A stretch of DNA of 64,000 nt. Origin: Actinomycetota bacterium (lineage in GTDB: Bacteria > Actinomycetota > Acidimicrobiia > Acidimicrobiales > JAMCPL01). Shown here piece after piece: positions 50,217 through 59,200 of the stretch. Position 1 is the stretch's first letter. Each line of letters starts with the position of its first letter. The stretch covers positions 34,407 to 98,406 of the forward strand of contig JAMCPL010000016.1 of NCBI GenBank assembly GCA_023379675.1, written 5' to 3'. Under the pieces are notes generated by a model. The model saw nothing but the letters and a program-made list of their open reading frames with translations, searched no databases and was not told the DNA's origin. The translations under genes were made by a program, and so were the position numbers.

Positions 50217-51389
50217 ATGGATGCACTTATCACTGGAGGAGCCGGCTTCATAGGGTCGCACCTGGCTGGATACCTCCTTCAGCAGGGTCACAGCGTTACA
50301 GTCCTTGATGATCTCTCAACAGGATGTTACGATAATATCGCACATTTGGCAGGTAACCCACAATTCCGCTTCGAGCAAGGCAGCATACTGGATGCCGATG
50401 CCGTCGAAAGAGCGTTTACCGGCACACGCTCGGGCGAAACCGGCCAGATAGACACACCCACACCCACACCCGATACAAATTTTCGACTTGTACCAGCAAC
50501 CCCCACACCCACACCCACACCCACACCCACGCCCACACCCACGCCCACACCCACTGACGGACATGTAAATCACGTAGATACGGTATTTCACCTCGCTGCC
50601 GCAGTTGGAGTGGAGCTTGCGGTCTCCCATCCGGTGGAAGGTCTCATGGTCCACGTCATGGGCACTAAGCTGATCATGGAGGCTGCCCACCGTTACAGGT
50701 GCAGGGTAATGGTAGCTTCCAGCAGCGAAATCTACGGCAAGAGCACCTCGGACAATATGTCAGAGGACGATGATCGGGTACTCGGCTCGCCTCTCAAATC
50801 ACGATGGTCGTACTCCGAGGGAAAAGCCATAGAGGAGACAATGGCATACACTTACTGGCGAGAAACGGGCCTGCGAACCGTAATAGTGCGCCTGTTCAAC
50901 ATGGTCGGGCCGCGGCAGCACGGCCGTTACGGGATGGTACTTCCCCGATTCGTGCATCAGGCCGTCACGGGCCAACCGCTCACTGTCTACGGCGACGGGC
51001 GCCAGAGCCGGTGCTTCTGCTACATAGGCGATGCCATCCCGGTACTGGTCGATCTGGTACAACGCTCAGATGCACACGGAAAGGCGTTCAACCTGGGCAG
51101 CAGGGAGGAGACAACCATCGAAGCGCTCGCCCAGAAGGTGATCGATCTGGCTGGCTCCAAAAGTACAATACACTACATACCTTACGGCAAAGCATACAAA
51201 GATGGATTCGAGGACATGCCTAGAAGGGTGCCCGACATCACCAAGGTACGGCAGCTTACCGGCTTTGTTCCTCGCACCACGCTAGACGAGATCATCCAGA
51301 TGCTGGTAAGCCTTGAACGCGGCGTTGGCGAAGGCCGGTTCCCGCCAGGGCGGAATGAGACATTGTACAGCGCAACTTCAGAAACATGA
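50217..51389 (+). CDS. NAD-dependent nucleotide-sugar epimerase/dehydratase
   Basis: TGGAGFIGSH, HLAAAVG, ASSSEIYG, YSEGK, RLFN.VGPRQ, GDG.QSRCF. Confidence 0.92.
   Translation: MDALITGGAGFIGSHLAGYLLQQGHSVTVLDDLSTGCYDNIAHLAGNPQFRFEQGSILDADAVERAFTGTRSGETGQIDTPTPTPDTNFRLVPATPTPTPTPTPTPTPTPTPTDGHVNHVDTVFHLAAAVGVELAVSHPVEGLMVHVMGTKLIMEAAHRYRCRVMVASSSEIYGKSTSDNMSEDDDRVLGSPLKSRWSYSEGKAIEETMAYTYWRETGLRTVIVRLFNMVGPRQHGRYGMVLPRFVHQAVTGQPLTVYGDGRQSRCFCYIGDAIPVLVDLVQRSDAHGKAFNLGSREETTIEALAQKVIDLAGSKSTIHYIPYGKAYKDGFEDMPRRVPDITKVRQLTGFVPRTTLDEIIQMLVSLERGVGEGRFPPGRNETLYSATSET
50499..50555 (+). repeat. In-frame (ACACCC)n microsatellite encoding a (Thr-Pro)n insertion
   Basis: About nine ACRCCC units directly visible, plus a shorter run at about 50453-50471. 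Confidence 0.9.
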
Positions 51390-51394
51390 GGTAG

Positions 51395-52432
51395 ATGAGC
51401 GCCCTGCCCCTCTGGGCCTACCCGCTGATACTGCTGGCATCCGTAGCGCTTTCCATGGTGCTTACCCCTCTAGCTCTGCACATTGCCTTGCGCCACGGGA
51501 TTCTCGACCATCCTGGTCCTGCCAAGGCTCATGCCGAAGCTGTGCCGTACCTGGGGGGCGCAGCCATAGCGCTGGCTTTCGCCGTTGCAGTACTTGTCGC
51601 CACTGTAGCTCACCCTCCTGGTCAAGGGCTTGGCCAGCTTGCTGCGATCATGGCTCTCGCTCTTATGCTGGCGGCACTGGGGCTGCTCGACGACCTGCGA
51701 GGAACGCCAATCTGGTTGCGCCTTGCTCTCGAAGCTGGTGCGGGTGCTGCACTGTGGGCAATGAGGGTGTCCACGCACCTGGCAGGGTTCTCTCACCCAG
51801 CAAACGCTGTCACTACAATTGCGTTTGTGATCATAGTAACCAACGCCTTCAATCTTCTGGACAACATGGACGGCCTTTCCGCTGGTGTGGCTGCCATTAC
51901 CCTGCTTGGCATCTTCGGAGTGGCTGCCTATCACGGCGAGTTCCTTGTTGCCGCTCTGGCCGTTGCCCTGGCGGGATGTGCTATGGGATTTCTACGTCAT
52001 AATTTCCATCCTGCCTCTATCTATATGGGTGATGCCGGAAGCCTGTTTCTCGGCTTTCTTATAGCCACACTCGCTCTCAAACTACGCGACGCTCCATACA
52101 CCAGGGTGGACATGGCGGTGCTGGTGGCCGTGCTCTGGGTTGCGCTACTGGATACCGGCCTGGTGGCAGTAACGAGAGCATTACGCAAGACAAGCCCCTT
52201 CAAGGGTGGACAGGACCACACCAGCCACCGGCTCGTACGCTTGGGCTTTTCCGTGAGGGTTGCCGTTGCACTCATCTACGCTATAGCTTCGGTGATGGCG
52301 GGCTTGGGGGTGTGGCTCTCGTCGAGCAGCCCGGCTACAGACACCATAGCTCTTGCGAGCGAACTAGGGGCCGGAATGGCAGCCATCGCCCTTCTGGCAG
52401 TATTCGCACGACCTGAACTACCTGCAAGATAA
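51395..52432 (+). CDS. WecA/TagO-type polyprenyl-phosphate HexNAc-1-phosphate transferase (MraY family)
   Basis: D.P...K.H...VP.LGG, G.LDD, NAFNLLDNMDGL, NF.PA.IYMGDAGS, D+H..HRL. Confidence 0.9.
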   Translation: MSALPLWAYPLILLASVALSMVLTPLALHIALRHGILDHPGPAKAHAEAVPYLGGAAIALAFAVAVLVATVAHPPGQGLGQLAAIMALALMLAALGLLDDLRGTPIWLRLALEAGAGAALWAMRVSTHLAGFSHPANAVTTIAFVIIVTNAFNLLDNMDGLSAGVAAITLLGIFGVAAYHGEFLVAALAVALAGCAMGFLRHNFHPASIYMGDAGSLFLGFLIATLALKLRDAPYTRVDMAVLVAVLWVALLDTGLVAVTRALRKTSPFKGGQDHTSHRLVRLGFSVRVAVALIYAIASVMAGLGVWLSSSSPATDTIALASELGAGMAAIALLAVFARPELPAR

Positions 52433-52444
52433 GACTTAGGACAG

Positions 52445-53515
52445 GTGAGACAGGTACAGGTGAGGCAGGCAGTGCGAGAGCAAACGGGACAGGTACAGGT
52501 GAGGCAGGCAAACCAAGCAGGGCAGCCGGAGCAAGTGGAGATCCTCATGGCGACCTACAACGGCGAGAAATTCGTAGCAGCCCAGATCGAGAGCATCCTG
52601 GCTCAGGATTACCGGCACATCCTGCTCACGATATTCGATGACGGTTCCACCGACGGTACGCTCCGGCAAATTGAGCAGTACCTATCCAACTCGCAGGTCC
52701 GCATAGTCGGAAGCGAAAGGGTTGGACTTCCACGAGTATACTTTCGGCTGTTGGGTTTCCTCTCTCCAGCCTCCCAGTACGCCGGCTATGCAGACCAGGA
52801 CGATGTATGGCTGCCCGGGAAGGTGTCCAGATCCCTCAGGCTTTTACGCGCTGTGAGGGAAACCGTAACAGATCCCTTGCCTATGCTTTACTGCAGCAGA
52901 TCGTGCATAGCAGACGAGCAGCTACGCGTCACCGGTACCACCATGCTGCCCAGATACCCTCCTTCCTTCCCCAACGCGCTGGTGCAAGGCATTGCGGCAG
53001 GAAGCACTATGCTCTTCAATAAAGGAGCAGCCGGACTGCTGGCCTCCTGGACCCCTCAGTTCGCCCCCATGCACGATTGGTGGACCTATCTGGTCATCTC
53101 GGCAACAGGTAGGGTCGTCTACGACCCGTTGCCCACCCTCCTCTACCGCCAGCACGGCGCCAATGCCCGGGGGATCATGCAGAACGGCAGGTGGTCATGG
53201 CGGAAACGTGCCCTATGGCATTTTCAGGAAGGCGCACGTAGCAGCACCCGGCAAGCAACCGAGTTGCGCGAATGGCTTGGAGACGGGAAGCACCTTCAGA
53301 GTAACGGCGCGCATTCAGACGCACTTGGGCCGAGAACGGCGCCTACTCCCTTAAGCATCTTAAGCCCTGCCGTTTCAGCAGAACTGGACAGCTTTCTGGA
53401 CTCGCAACACGACCTACCGGCACGGATGCGCTACGCCCTCTCCGGTACCGCCCATCGCCAGCGCAAGGTGGACGACATAGTATACCGGGCCCTCTACCTC
53501 CTTGGCCGGATCTGA
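52445..53515 (+). CDS. Family 2 glycosyltransferase (RgpB-like rhamnosyltransferase)
   Basis: ILMATYNGEKF...QI.SIL.Q, DDGSTD.T, DQDDVW.P.K, HDWW, YRQH..N. Confidence 0.88.
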   Translation: MRQVQVRQAVREQTGQVQVRQANQAGQPEQVEILMATYNGEKFVAAQIESILAQDYRHILLTIFDDGSTDGTLRQIEQYLSNSQVRIVGSERVGLPRVYFRLLGFLSPASQYAGYADQDDVWLPGKVSRSLRLLRAVRETVTDPLPMLYCSRSCIADEQLRVTGTTMLPRYPPSFPNALVQGIAAGSTMLFNKGAAGLLASWTPQFAPMHDWWTYLVISATGRVVYDPLPTLLYRQHGANARGIMQNGRWSWRKRALWHFQEGARSSTRQATELREWLGDGKHLQSNGAHSDALGPRTAPTPLSILSPAVSAELDSFLDSQHDLPARMRYALSGTAHRQRKVDDIVYRALYLLGRI

Positions 53516-53596
53516 TCACGAATACGCAACCTCCACCTTGATCACCTACAATAGGCATCTCGACGATGATCGATGTGGAATTTCAGCAATACCCTT

Positions 53597-54601
53597 TCAG
53601 CGAGAGCCTTTCCGAATTGGCATCTGAGCATCGAATACAGTCCTGGTGAGTATCTTGGCCACCGCCTCGGAAACCTGGGTAAACATGAGGCGAAGTGCCT
53701 TGCGATCTGACTGCACCACCTTTGCCGGAATCCAAACTCCACCACCGGAAGCAAATGGGCTGCACGCAGGGGGGGGACCAGCGGAAGAGGAACCAGCGGA
53801 AGAGGAACCAGCGGAAGAGGAACCAGCGGAAGAGGAACCGGCGGATGTAGCTACACCTCCGGCTCCAACCACCCCTCTTGCGGATGCCAACCGCGATCGG
53901 GACGCAGGTACACGTGCCAGGGCGGACCGGGACAAGGGTGAGGACGGCGGCAAATGCCGGGAGGCAGGCTGAAACGCTGCTCCGCGTGCCGGCGAACCAG
54001 GTGATAACGCGACCAGGTCTATGGCCACCATCACCCGATCTCCCTTCGCCACCACAGGAACCTTTCCTTCATCTAGGATCGGGCGGAGACGCACCCCGCC
54101 AGCCGAGATGTCCACTGTCCTGGTAGCATAGATATTCGCCATCGCCAGCCCCTCTGGTGCCCCTGACCCTGCCGTCTCGCCAACCCCAACGCTGGCTACA
54201 GCACCAGCTGCACCAGCAGTCGCAGCCCCAACCCCAGCTCCCTCGCTCACAACCTCCACCACCGCGTCAACCTCCAAGGCCGCCCGCACCCAATTGCGTC
54301 GCTGGATTTCCACCGGCTCGCTCATGTTGCCCAGTACGAAGACAAAGTAAGCCGGGCCGGCCACCTTGACTTCGAGGATGCCGTCCAGGCTCAGGTATAC
54401 GCCGTCATTGAAGAACTCCATGCTCACCTTGCAGCCGTCCAGGCTCAGTATATCAGGGTCGGGGGTTTCCATCCTGATCACGCTGCCAGCATCACCAGTG
54501 ATCACCGCTTCGACACGTAGCATCTCGCCCACCGCGGAACCTCGAGACCCCGCGAACGTGACCAGAGTCACCCTGCGATCTTCGAGATCCGTCAGCACCA
54601 C
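53597..54601 (-). CDS. PilZ-domain c-di-GMP receptor (YcgR/MotI-like flagellar brake)
   Basis: IQRRNWVR (RxxxR) and DISAGG (DxSxxG); probable GTG start immediately after the flhB stop. Confidence 0.75.
   Translation of the reverse strand: MVLTDLEDRRVTLVTFAGSRGSAVGEMLRVEAVITGDAGSVIRMETPDPDILSLDGCKVSMEFFNDGVYLSLDGILEVKVAGPAYFVFVLGNMSEPVEIQRRNWVRAALEVDAVVEVVSEGAGVGAATAGAAGAVASVGVGETAGSGAPEGLAMANIYATRTVDISAGGVRLRPILDEGKVPVVAKGDRVMVAIDLVALSPGSPARGAAFQPASRHLPPSSPLSRSALARVPASRSRLASARGVVGAGGVATSAGSSSAGSSSAGSSSAGSSSAGPPPACSPFASGGGVWIPAKVVQSDRKALRLMFTQVSEAVAKILTRTVFDAQMPIRKGSR
53777..53836 (+). repeat. 15-bp tandem repeat x4 (encodes SSSAG in the PilZ protein)
   Basis: ACCAGCGGAAGAGGA x4, preceded by a G8 run (53769-53776). 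Confidence 0.9.
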
Positions 54602-54602
54602 A

Positions 54603-55709
54603 TCACGCCACCATTGTACTGGTAGGCCGCTTGTGCACAGTGCCGGATCTTCTCTGCATGTCGGGCAGCGTGAGTACGAAGGCAAGCAGGCGGGCAACGG
54701 CCACGTAGAGTTCCACTGGAATCTCGTCATCCAGCTCGCAGGCTCCATAAAGAGCACGCGCCAGAGGCGGATCCTCCACCACGGGAACCCCGTGGCGAGA
54801 TGCCTCTTCCCGTATGCGTAACGCCACCCAGCCGGACCCCTTGGCCACCACCTTCGGCGCACCCTTGGCTTTGGGGTTGTACTGCAGGGCTACCGCGAGG
54901 TGAGTAGGGTTGGTTATCACGGCATCCGCCGTAGCCACCCTCGCCATCATCCTGCCACGTGCTATACGGATCTGACGCTTCCGCACCGCCTGGCGCATCT
55001 CAGGTGGCGCCTCATACCTGCGGTTCTCCTCCTTCACCTCCTGCTTGGACATCTTCATGCTCTTCATGGTCTGCCACCGCTGAAAAGCATAGTCGACCAC
55101 GCCAAGCGCTATCCCTATCAGCGACACATACCTGACCAGTAATAGCAACTCAGAACCGAGGTAATCAAGCATGGGACCGAGAGCTGTTGGCCTCGTACCG
55201 ACAAGAGTGTGTATGACCTGGGTGATTATAGACAGCGCAACCCCAGAGATCGCCACCAGCACAAGAGTCTGCTCGATCAGGCTCCACAGAGTCTTGAAGG
55301 AAAAAAACCTCTTGATACCGTTAAGCGGGCTGATCCTGGAGAAGGTCGGCTTCATGGCCTCTGTGGCGACAACAAATCGCACCTGCATAAACGTGACAAA
55401 CAAGCTCACCAGTGCAACGGCTCCTATGATGGGCAGGGATATATAGAGAACGTCCTCCAATCCCAGACCAAATAAACCTATATCCCTTGGCAGGCTGGGA
55501 TGGCTCATTGCCGATACGCAATACGACACCAGGAGCATCAGTCTCTTCTCCCCGGCCCCGAACAGCGAGGGCAGGATGAGGGATGCAAATAGCATGGACA
55601 CCCAGCCGGATAGATGGCTGGAACGAGCTATCTGACCTTTCTTCCGGTTCTCCTTGATCCTGCGCGGAGTCGGTTTTTCGGTCTTGTCCTGTTTGTCACC
55701 GTAGGCCAT
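54603..55709 (-). CDS. flhB: Flagellar export substrate-specificity switch FlhB
   Basis: KTEKPT.RR....R.KGQ, four TM helices, MSKQEVKEE, NPTH autocleavage motif, AP.VVAKG, LARALY. Confidence 0.96.
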   Translation of the reverse strand: MAYGDKQDKTEKPTPRRIKENRKKGQIARSSHLSGWVSMLFASLILPSLFGAGEKRLMLLVSYCVSAMSHPSLPRDIGLFGLGLEDVLYISLPIIGAVALVSLFVTFMQVRFVVATEAMKPTFSRISPLNGIKRFFSFKTLWSLIEQTLVLVAISGVALSIITQVIHTLVGTRPTALGPMLDYLGSELLLLVRYVSLIGIALGVVDYAFQRWQTMKSMKMSKQEVKEENRRYEAPPEMRQAVRKRQIRIARGRMMARVATADAVITNPTHLAVALQYNPKAKGAPKVVAKGSGWVALRIREEASRHGVPVVEDPPLARALYGACELDDEIPVELYVAVARLLAFVLTLPDMQRRSGTVHKRPTSTMVA

Positions 55710-55861
55710 ATGACATCCTCAATCCACTGTACAGCCCACCGTTCAACCCGCTGCCCACATGGTGCCTATACTTCCAGTGTACAGTCACGACATGCCCACC
55801 ACTCAAGCCACCATACAGTCCACCGCTCAGCCCGCAGTACATCTTCGGCCAGGCTATCCTC

Positions 55862-56626
55862 TCACCTCAGTAGCGACGCCATCCCCGACAGGGAGCGCTC
55901 CACGATCTGAGCCAGGTAGGCGGGCATGGTCCTTATTCCTACGGCCACCAACATCAACGACAGCATAACCTGCAGTGGCAACCCTAACCACCACGCGTTG
56001 ACCTGAGGCGCAGCCTTGGCCATCAGGGCAATCACGACCTGGGCGACAAACAGCACCGCCAGTATAGGTGCGGCTATTTCGAGCGAAGCAACAAAGAACG
56101 TCGCCACCTCGCTTGTGGCAACCGCAGCCATCTGCCCCGATGCCGAGAGGCCAAGGCCGGGAGCGTTGAACGAAGTCATAAAGCCTTTCACCAGCAGCAT
56201 CTCCCCATTGGAGGCAAACAAGAGCAATATTGCAATCATCTCGTAGAACTGGCCGAAGAGTAGAGTCTGGGTATTCTCCAGCACATTCATGGATGGCGGT
56301 AGAGCGAGCCCGCCGAAAAGGCTTGCAAAGGAGCCCGCCGCGCTGATGGCGGATATGAGTGTCCTTACCACGAAACCGAGTGCCACGCCGGTAAGCACCT
56401 GTATGACCACCGCCCCTATGAACGACGCAGTGTCCATGGGCATCCCTCCCGCAGCCACCAGCCTTGGCGCTTCCAGGAAAGCAAGCCCCGCCGCTATACC
56501 GACGACCCCTTGGGGCGGGAGCACCGCCGACACCGAGAACGGCGGCACCATCATCAGCCATGCTGAAGCTCGCACCAGCGCAAGAAAGAACGCTATGAGC
56601 CATGGCGCATCAAGGCTGATCTGCAT
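55862..56626 (-). CDS. fliR: Flagellar export protein FliR
   Basis: Hydrophobic, R......PPF, IAAP, K.APQVN; position between fliQ and flhB. Confidence 0.9.
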   Translation of the reverse strand: MQISLDAPWLIAFFLALVRASAWLMMVPPFSVSAVLPPQGVVGIAAGLAFLEAPRLVAAGGMPMDTASFIGAVVIQVLTGVALGFVVRTLISAISAAGSFASLFGGLALPPSMNVLENTQTLLFGQFYEMIAILLLFASNGEMLLVKGFMTSFNAPGLGLSASGQMAAVATSEVATFFVASLEIAAPILAVLFVAQVVIALMAKAAPQVNAWWLGLPLQVMLSLMLVAVGIRTMPAYLAQIVERSLSGMASLLR

Positions 56627-56662
56627 CAGCTCGCCCCTCTGTCCCTACCGGTAGGCGCCAGC

Positions 56663-56938
56663 TCATGCAACGGTAATGATGTGCTGCACCTGCCCGAGCA
56701 GGTTCTGCACGTAAGCTACGAAGACGCCCAGCATCCAGTGACCCGCTATCAAAAGCACCAGTGCTATGCCAATCAGCTTCGGAACGAATGTGAGAGTGAA
56801 ATCCTGCAACTGGGTAACCGACTGGAAGAGAGATACGGTCAAGCCCACCACGAGAGCCACTATAAGGATGGGACCCGCCAGCTTTGCAGCTACCACCATT
56901 GCCTGTGTCGCTATGTGCATCACTTCCGCATCAGTCAC
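56663..56938 (-). CDS. fliQ: Flagellar export protein FliQ
   Basis: P.L..ALVVGL.VSLFQ.VTQLQD.TL.FVPK. Confidence 0.95.
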   Translation of the reverse strand: MTDAEVMHIATQAMVVAAKLAGPILIVALVVGLTVSLFQSVTQLQDFTLTFVPKLIGIALVLLIAGHWMLGVFVAYVQNLLGQVQHIITVA

Positions 56939-57043
56939 AACGCTGTACCTCCTTCACTCCTCCATGCCGGCCCCCACCCACGTCAATGCCAACTCCACTA
57001 TATGTCGTATTACGATGTATTTTCATAGGCTACTCCCCTCTGG

Positions 57044-57730
57044 TCATCTGAAGCTCACTACAAGGGCATGGGTAAGCAACACCCATCCATCCACCATTAC
57101 AAAGAGCAGCAGCTTGAACGGTAGCGATACAAGGGTAGGCGGGAGCATGACTATGCCCATGGACATCAAGGTGGATGCCACCACCAGGTCAATTATGAGA
57201 AATGGCAGCAAAAGCACGAAGCCGATGATGAAGCCGATCTTGAGCTGCGTTAGCAGGAACGCGGGAATGATGTCCATCATCGAAGCATCCTTCAGGGATG
57301 CTGGATGGCTGCCGGATGCTGAGGTGGTCAGAGCCAGCTCGTTCTTCCCTGTCTGCTTGAGCATCCAGGTACGCAATGGGACCTCCCCCGCATGGTAAGC
57401 CTGGCTAAAGCTCTCTTTCCCGTGAAGGTAGGGCTGCAGCGCCACAGTGTTCATCTGGTTCAGTGTAGGCGCCATGATGAAAAGCGACAGGAACAGAGCG
57501 AGCCCGACAAGCACCTGGTTCGGGGGTACGAATTGCAAACCGAGGGCGTTACGGGTGAGCCCGAGTACGATCACGATCCGGGTGAATCCAGTCAGCATGA
57601 TGAGAAGCGACGGTGCCAGCGCCAGCAGGGTGATCCCCAGTATTACGAGGATGGATGTGGAAGGCTTGGTGAGCGACTTACCGAAATTGATGTTGATGGA
57701 AGAGGCGGCAAGCAGTATACCGACAAGCAT
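57044..57730 (-). CDS. fliP: Flagellar export protein FliP
   Basis: LAPS...M.T.FTRI.IVL...RNALG....PPNQVL, PAF...L..GF, PFL.IDLVVAS.LMSMG..MLPP..SLPFKL.LFV.VDGW. Confidence 0.96.
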   Translation of the reverse strand: MLVGILLAASSININFGKSLTKPSTSILVILGITLLALAPSLLIMLTGFTRIVIVLGLTRNALGLQFVPPNQVLVGLALFLSLFIMAPTLNQMNTVALQPYLHGKESFSQAYHAGEVPLRTWMLKQTGKNELALTTSASGSHPASLKDASMMDIIPAFLLTQLKIGFIIGFVLLLPFLIIDLVVASTLMSMGIVMLPPTLVSLPFKLLLFVMVDGWVLLTHALVVSFR

Positions 57731-57743
57731 GTTCGGTACCTCC

Positions 57744-58523
57744 CTACCGGATGCCCGAACGCCTGACGGTCATCTCTCTCAAGTACTCGATGGGACTGGT
57801 GGAGCCCGCCACTGGCGAGCTGCCCGCCGTCCTGCCCGGCACGGTGCGGGTGCCTCTTCTTGTAAAACCTTGCCGTCCTGCGAGATTTTGAGACCCTGCA
57901 GTGTCATGAATCTCCGCAGGGTCTCGAGAACCTACACCAGTTTGAAACCCTGCAATATCTTGTAGCTCCGTAACATCCTGTGGCCCTGCAAGGTCAGCAA
58001 GCACAGAGACATTGTGCTGGGTGACCCCCAGCAAGAGCAACCTGCCTTCCACCTGTACAATGATCAGCGAGATACCCTTGCCGAGCATCTGCCTGGATAC
58101 TACGTCGATCGGAGCCTGGCGCTTCCCACCAGCGCCACCAAACAGACCGCTCACGGAAGCGCCCCCGAGCAGCATCCTCCCGGCACGCGATCGAGCCACC
58201 TTGGAGACCACCCACACAAAGAGGACTATCACGCCCAGAGCCATTACCACCTGCAATATCAAACCAGGCAACGACACGGTGACCGGCGCTCCGGCATGTT
58301 GCGCTGCATGCGTGGCAGCTGCAGCATGATGTACCAGATGGCCGGCGGCATGAATGACCCCATGGCGAGCCGGATGCGATGATGTCACCGTACCACCCGC
58401 ACCATGCTTGGAGGAAGAGGCGGTAGTCGAGGAAGGGGATGTCGAGGAGGAGGATGCGGTCGAAGCCGTAGACGAGGGAGCTACAGTAGAAGGTACCGTG
58501 GAAGCCACTAAGGAGGCAATCAT
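57744..58523 (-). CDS. fliO: Flagellar protein FliO
   Basis: TM helix followed by I.VVSRQ.LG....L.IV.V....LLLGVT...VS.L; lies between fliN and fliP. Confidence 0.85.
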   Translation of the reverse strand: MIASLVASTVPSTVAPSSTASTASSSSTSPSSTTASSSKHGAGGTVTSSHPARHGVIHAAGHLVHHAAAATHAAQHAGAPVTVSLPGLILQVVMALGVIVLFVWVVSKVARSRAGRMLLGGASVSGLFGGAGGKRQAPIDVVSRQMLGKGISLIIVQVEGRLLLLGVTQHNVSVLADLAGPQDVTELQDIAGFQTGVGSRDPAEIHDTAGSQNLAGRQGFTRRGTRTVPGRTAGSSPVAGSTSPIEYLREMTVRRSGIR

Positions 58524-59098
58524 CTTTCCTCGTACACCATGTCCCGGCGCGCTATGTCTGTGATACGTACGCCCATCTCGTCATCGACTACGACAACTTC
58601 ACCCTTGGCGAGAAGGGTGCCATTCACCAGAATGTCAACATTACTTCCCACCTGCCTGTCAAGCTCGATGATGGAGCCGACTCGTAGCCCGAGCAGATCC
58701 CTTACCATCATCCTGGTATGGCCCAGCTCGACGGTAACCGCCATCTCCACTCCCTGCAGGATCTCTATCGGCCGAGCTACTTGACTCCCCGATGCCTCGT
58801 CACGCGAGCGCTCCGGCCCATAGCCATCATGACCACCGCCCGCGCTTCCGTCAAATGATAAGTCCGATCCTTGATCCGATCCCGAGCCTGGGCCTGGCGC
58901 CATGCCTGGAACGGCGCCCGATCCCGCAGGATCGCCTCCCGGGCCACCAGCCGCCACACCACCAGCGGCAGGGACACCGGCCACTGCGGCGCCACCGGTC
59001 GGCGCCCCACCGGCAATACCACCGGTACCCGTGCTGGCACCGCCAGCATCAGCGCCCTCTTGAGTTCTCGCCACTTCCACTACATCCTCGTTACTCAT
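58520..59098 (-). CDS. fliN: Flagellar motor switch protein FliN
   Basis: V.M.VTVELG.T.M...DLL.L..GSIIELDR..G..VDILVNG.L.AKGEVVVVD...GVRIT.I. Confidence 0.94.
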   Translation of the reverse strand: MSNEDVVEVARTQEGADAGGASTGTGGIAGGAPTGGAAVAGVPAAGGVAAGGPGGDPAGSGAVPGMAPGPGSGSDQGSDLSFDGSAGGGHDGYGPERSRDEASGSQVARPIEILQGVEMAVTVELGHTRMMVRDLLGLRVGSIIELDRQVGSNVDILVNGTLLAKGEVVVVDDEMGVRITDIARRDMVYEER

Positions 59099-59200
59099 CT
59101 CGTATCCTTTTACCCTTTTGTGATACCGGGAATAAATATCGTTACCCGATACTCTTATTCTGATTCAATGCGTCCTTTCCCGGTCTTGCCACATCCGCCA

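Noticed and set aside
54602-54862. N-terminal 87 aa of the 421-aa ORF 53597..54862
   Set aside because: Overlaps the 3' end of flhB in another frame; the true PilZ gene probably starts near 54601
55730-55835. Two 22-bp imperfect direct repeats (TACAGYCCACCGYTCARCCCGC) between fliR and flhB, superficially CRISPR-like
   Set aside because: Only two degenerate copies, intervening DNA is itself repeat-derived, and no cas genes; fits the general slippage pattern
59130-59165. Possible sigma-28 promoter (TCAG-N16-AACGATAT) upstream of fliN
   Set aside because: Weak match to TAAA-N15/16-GCCGATAW and located mid-operon
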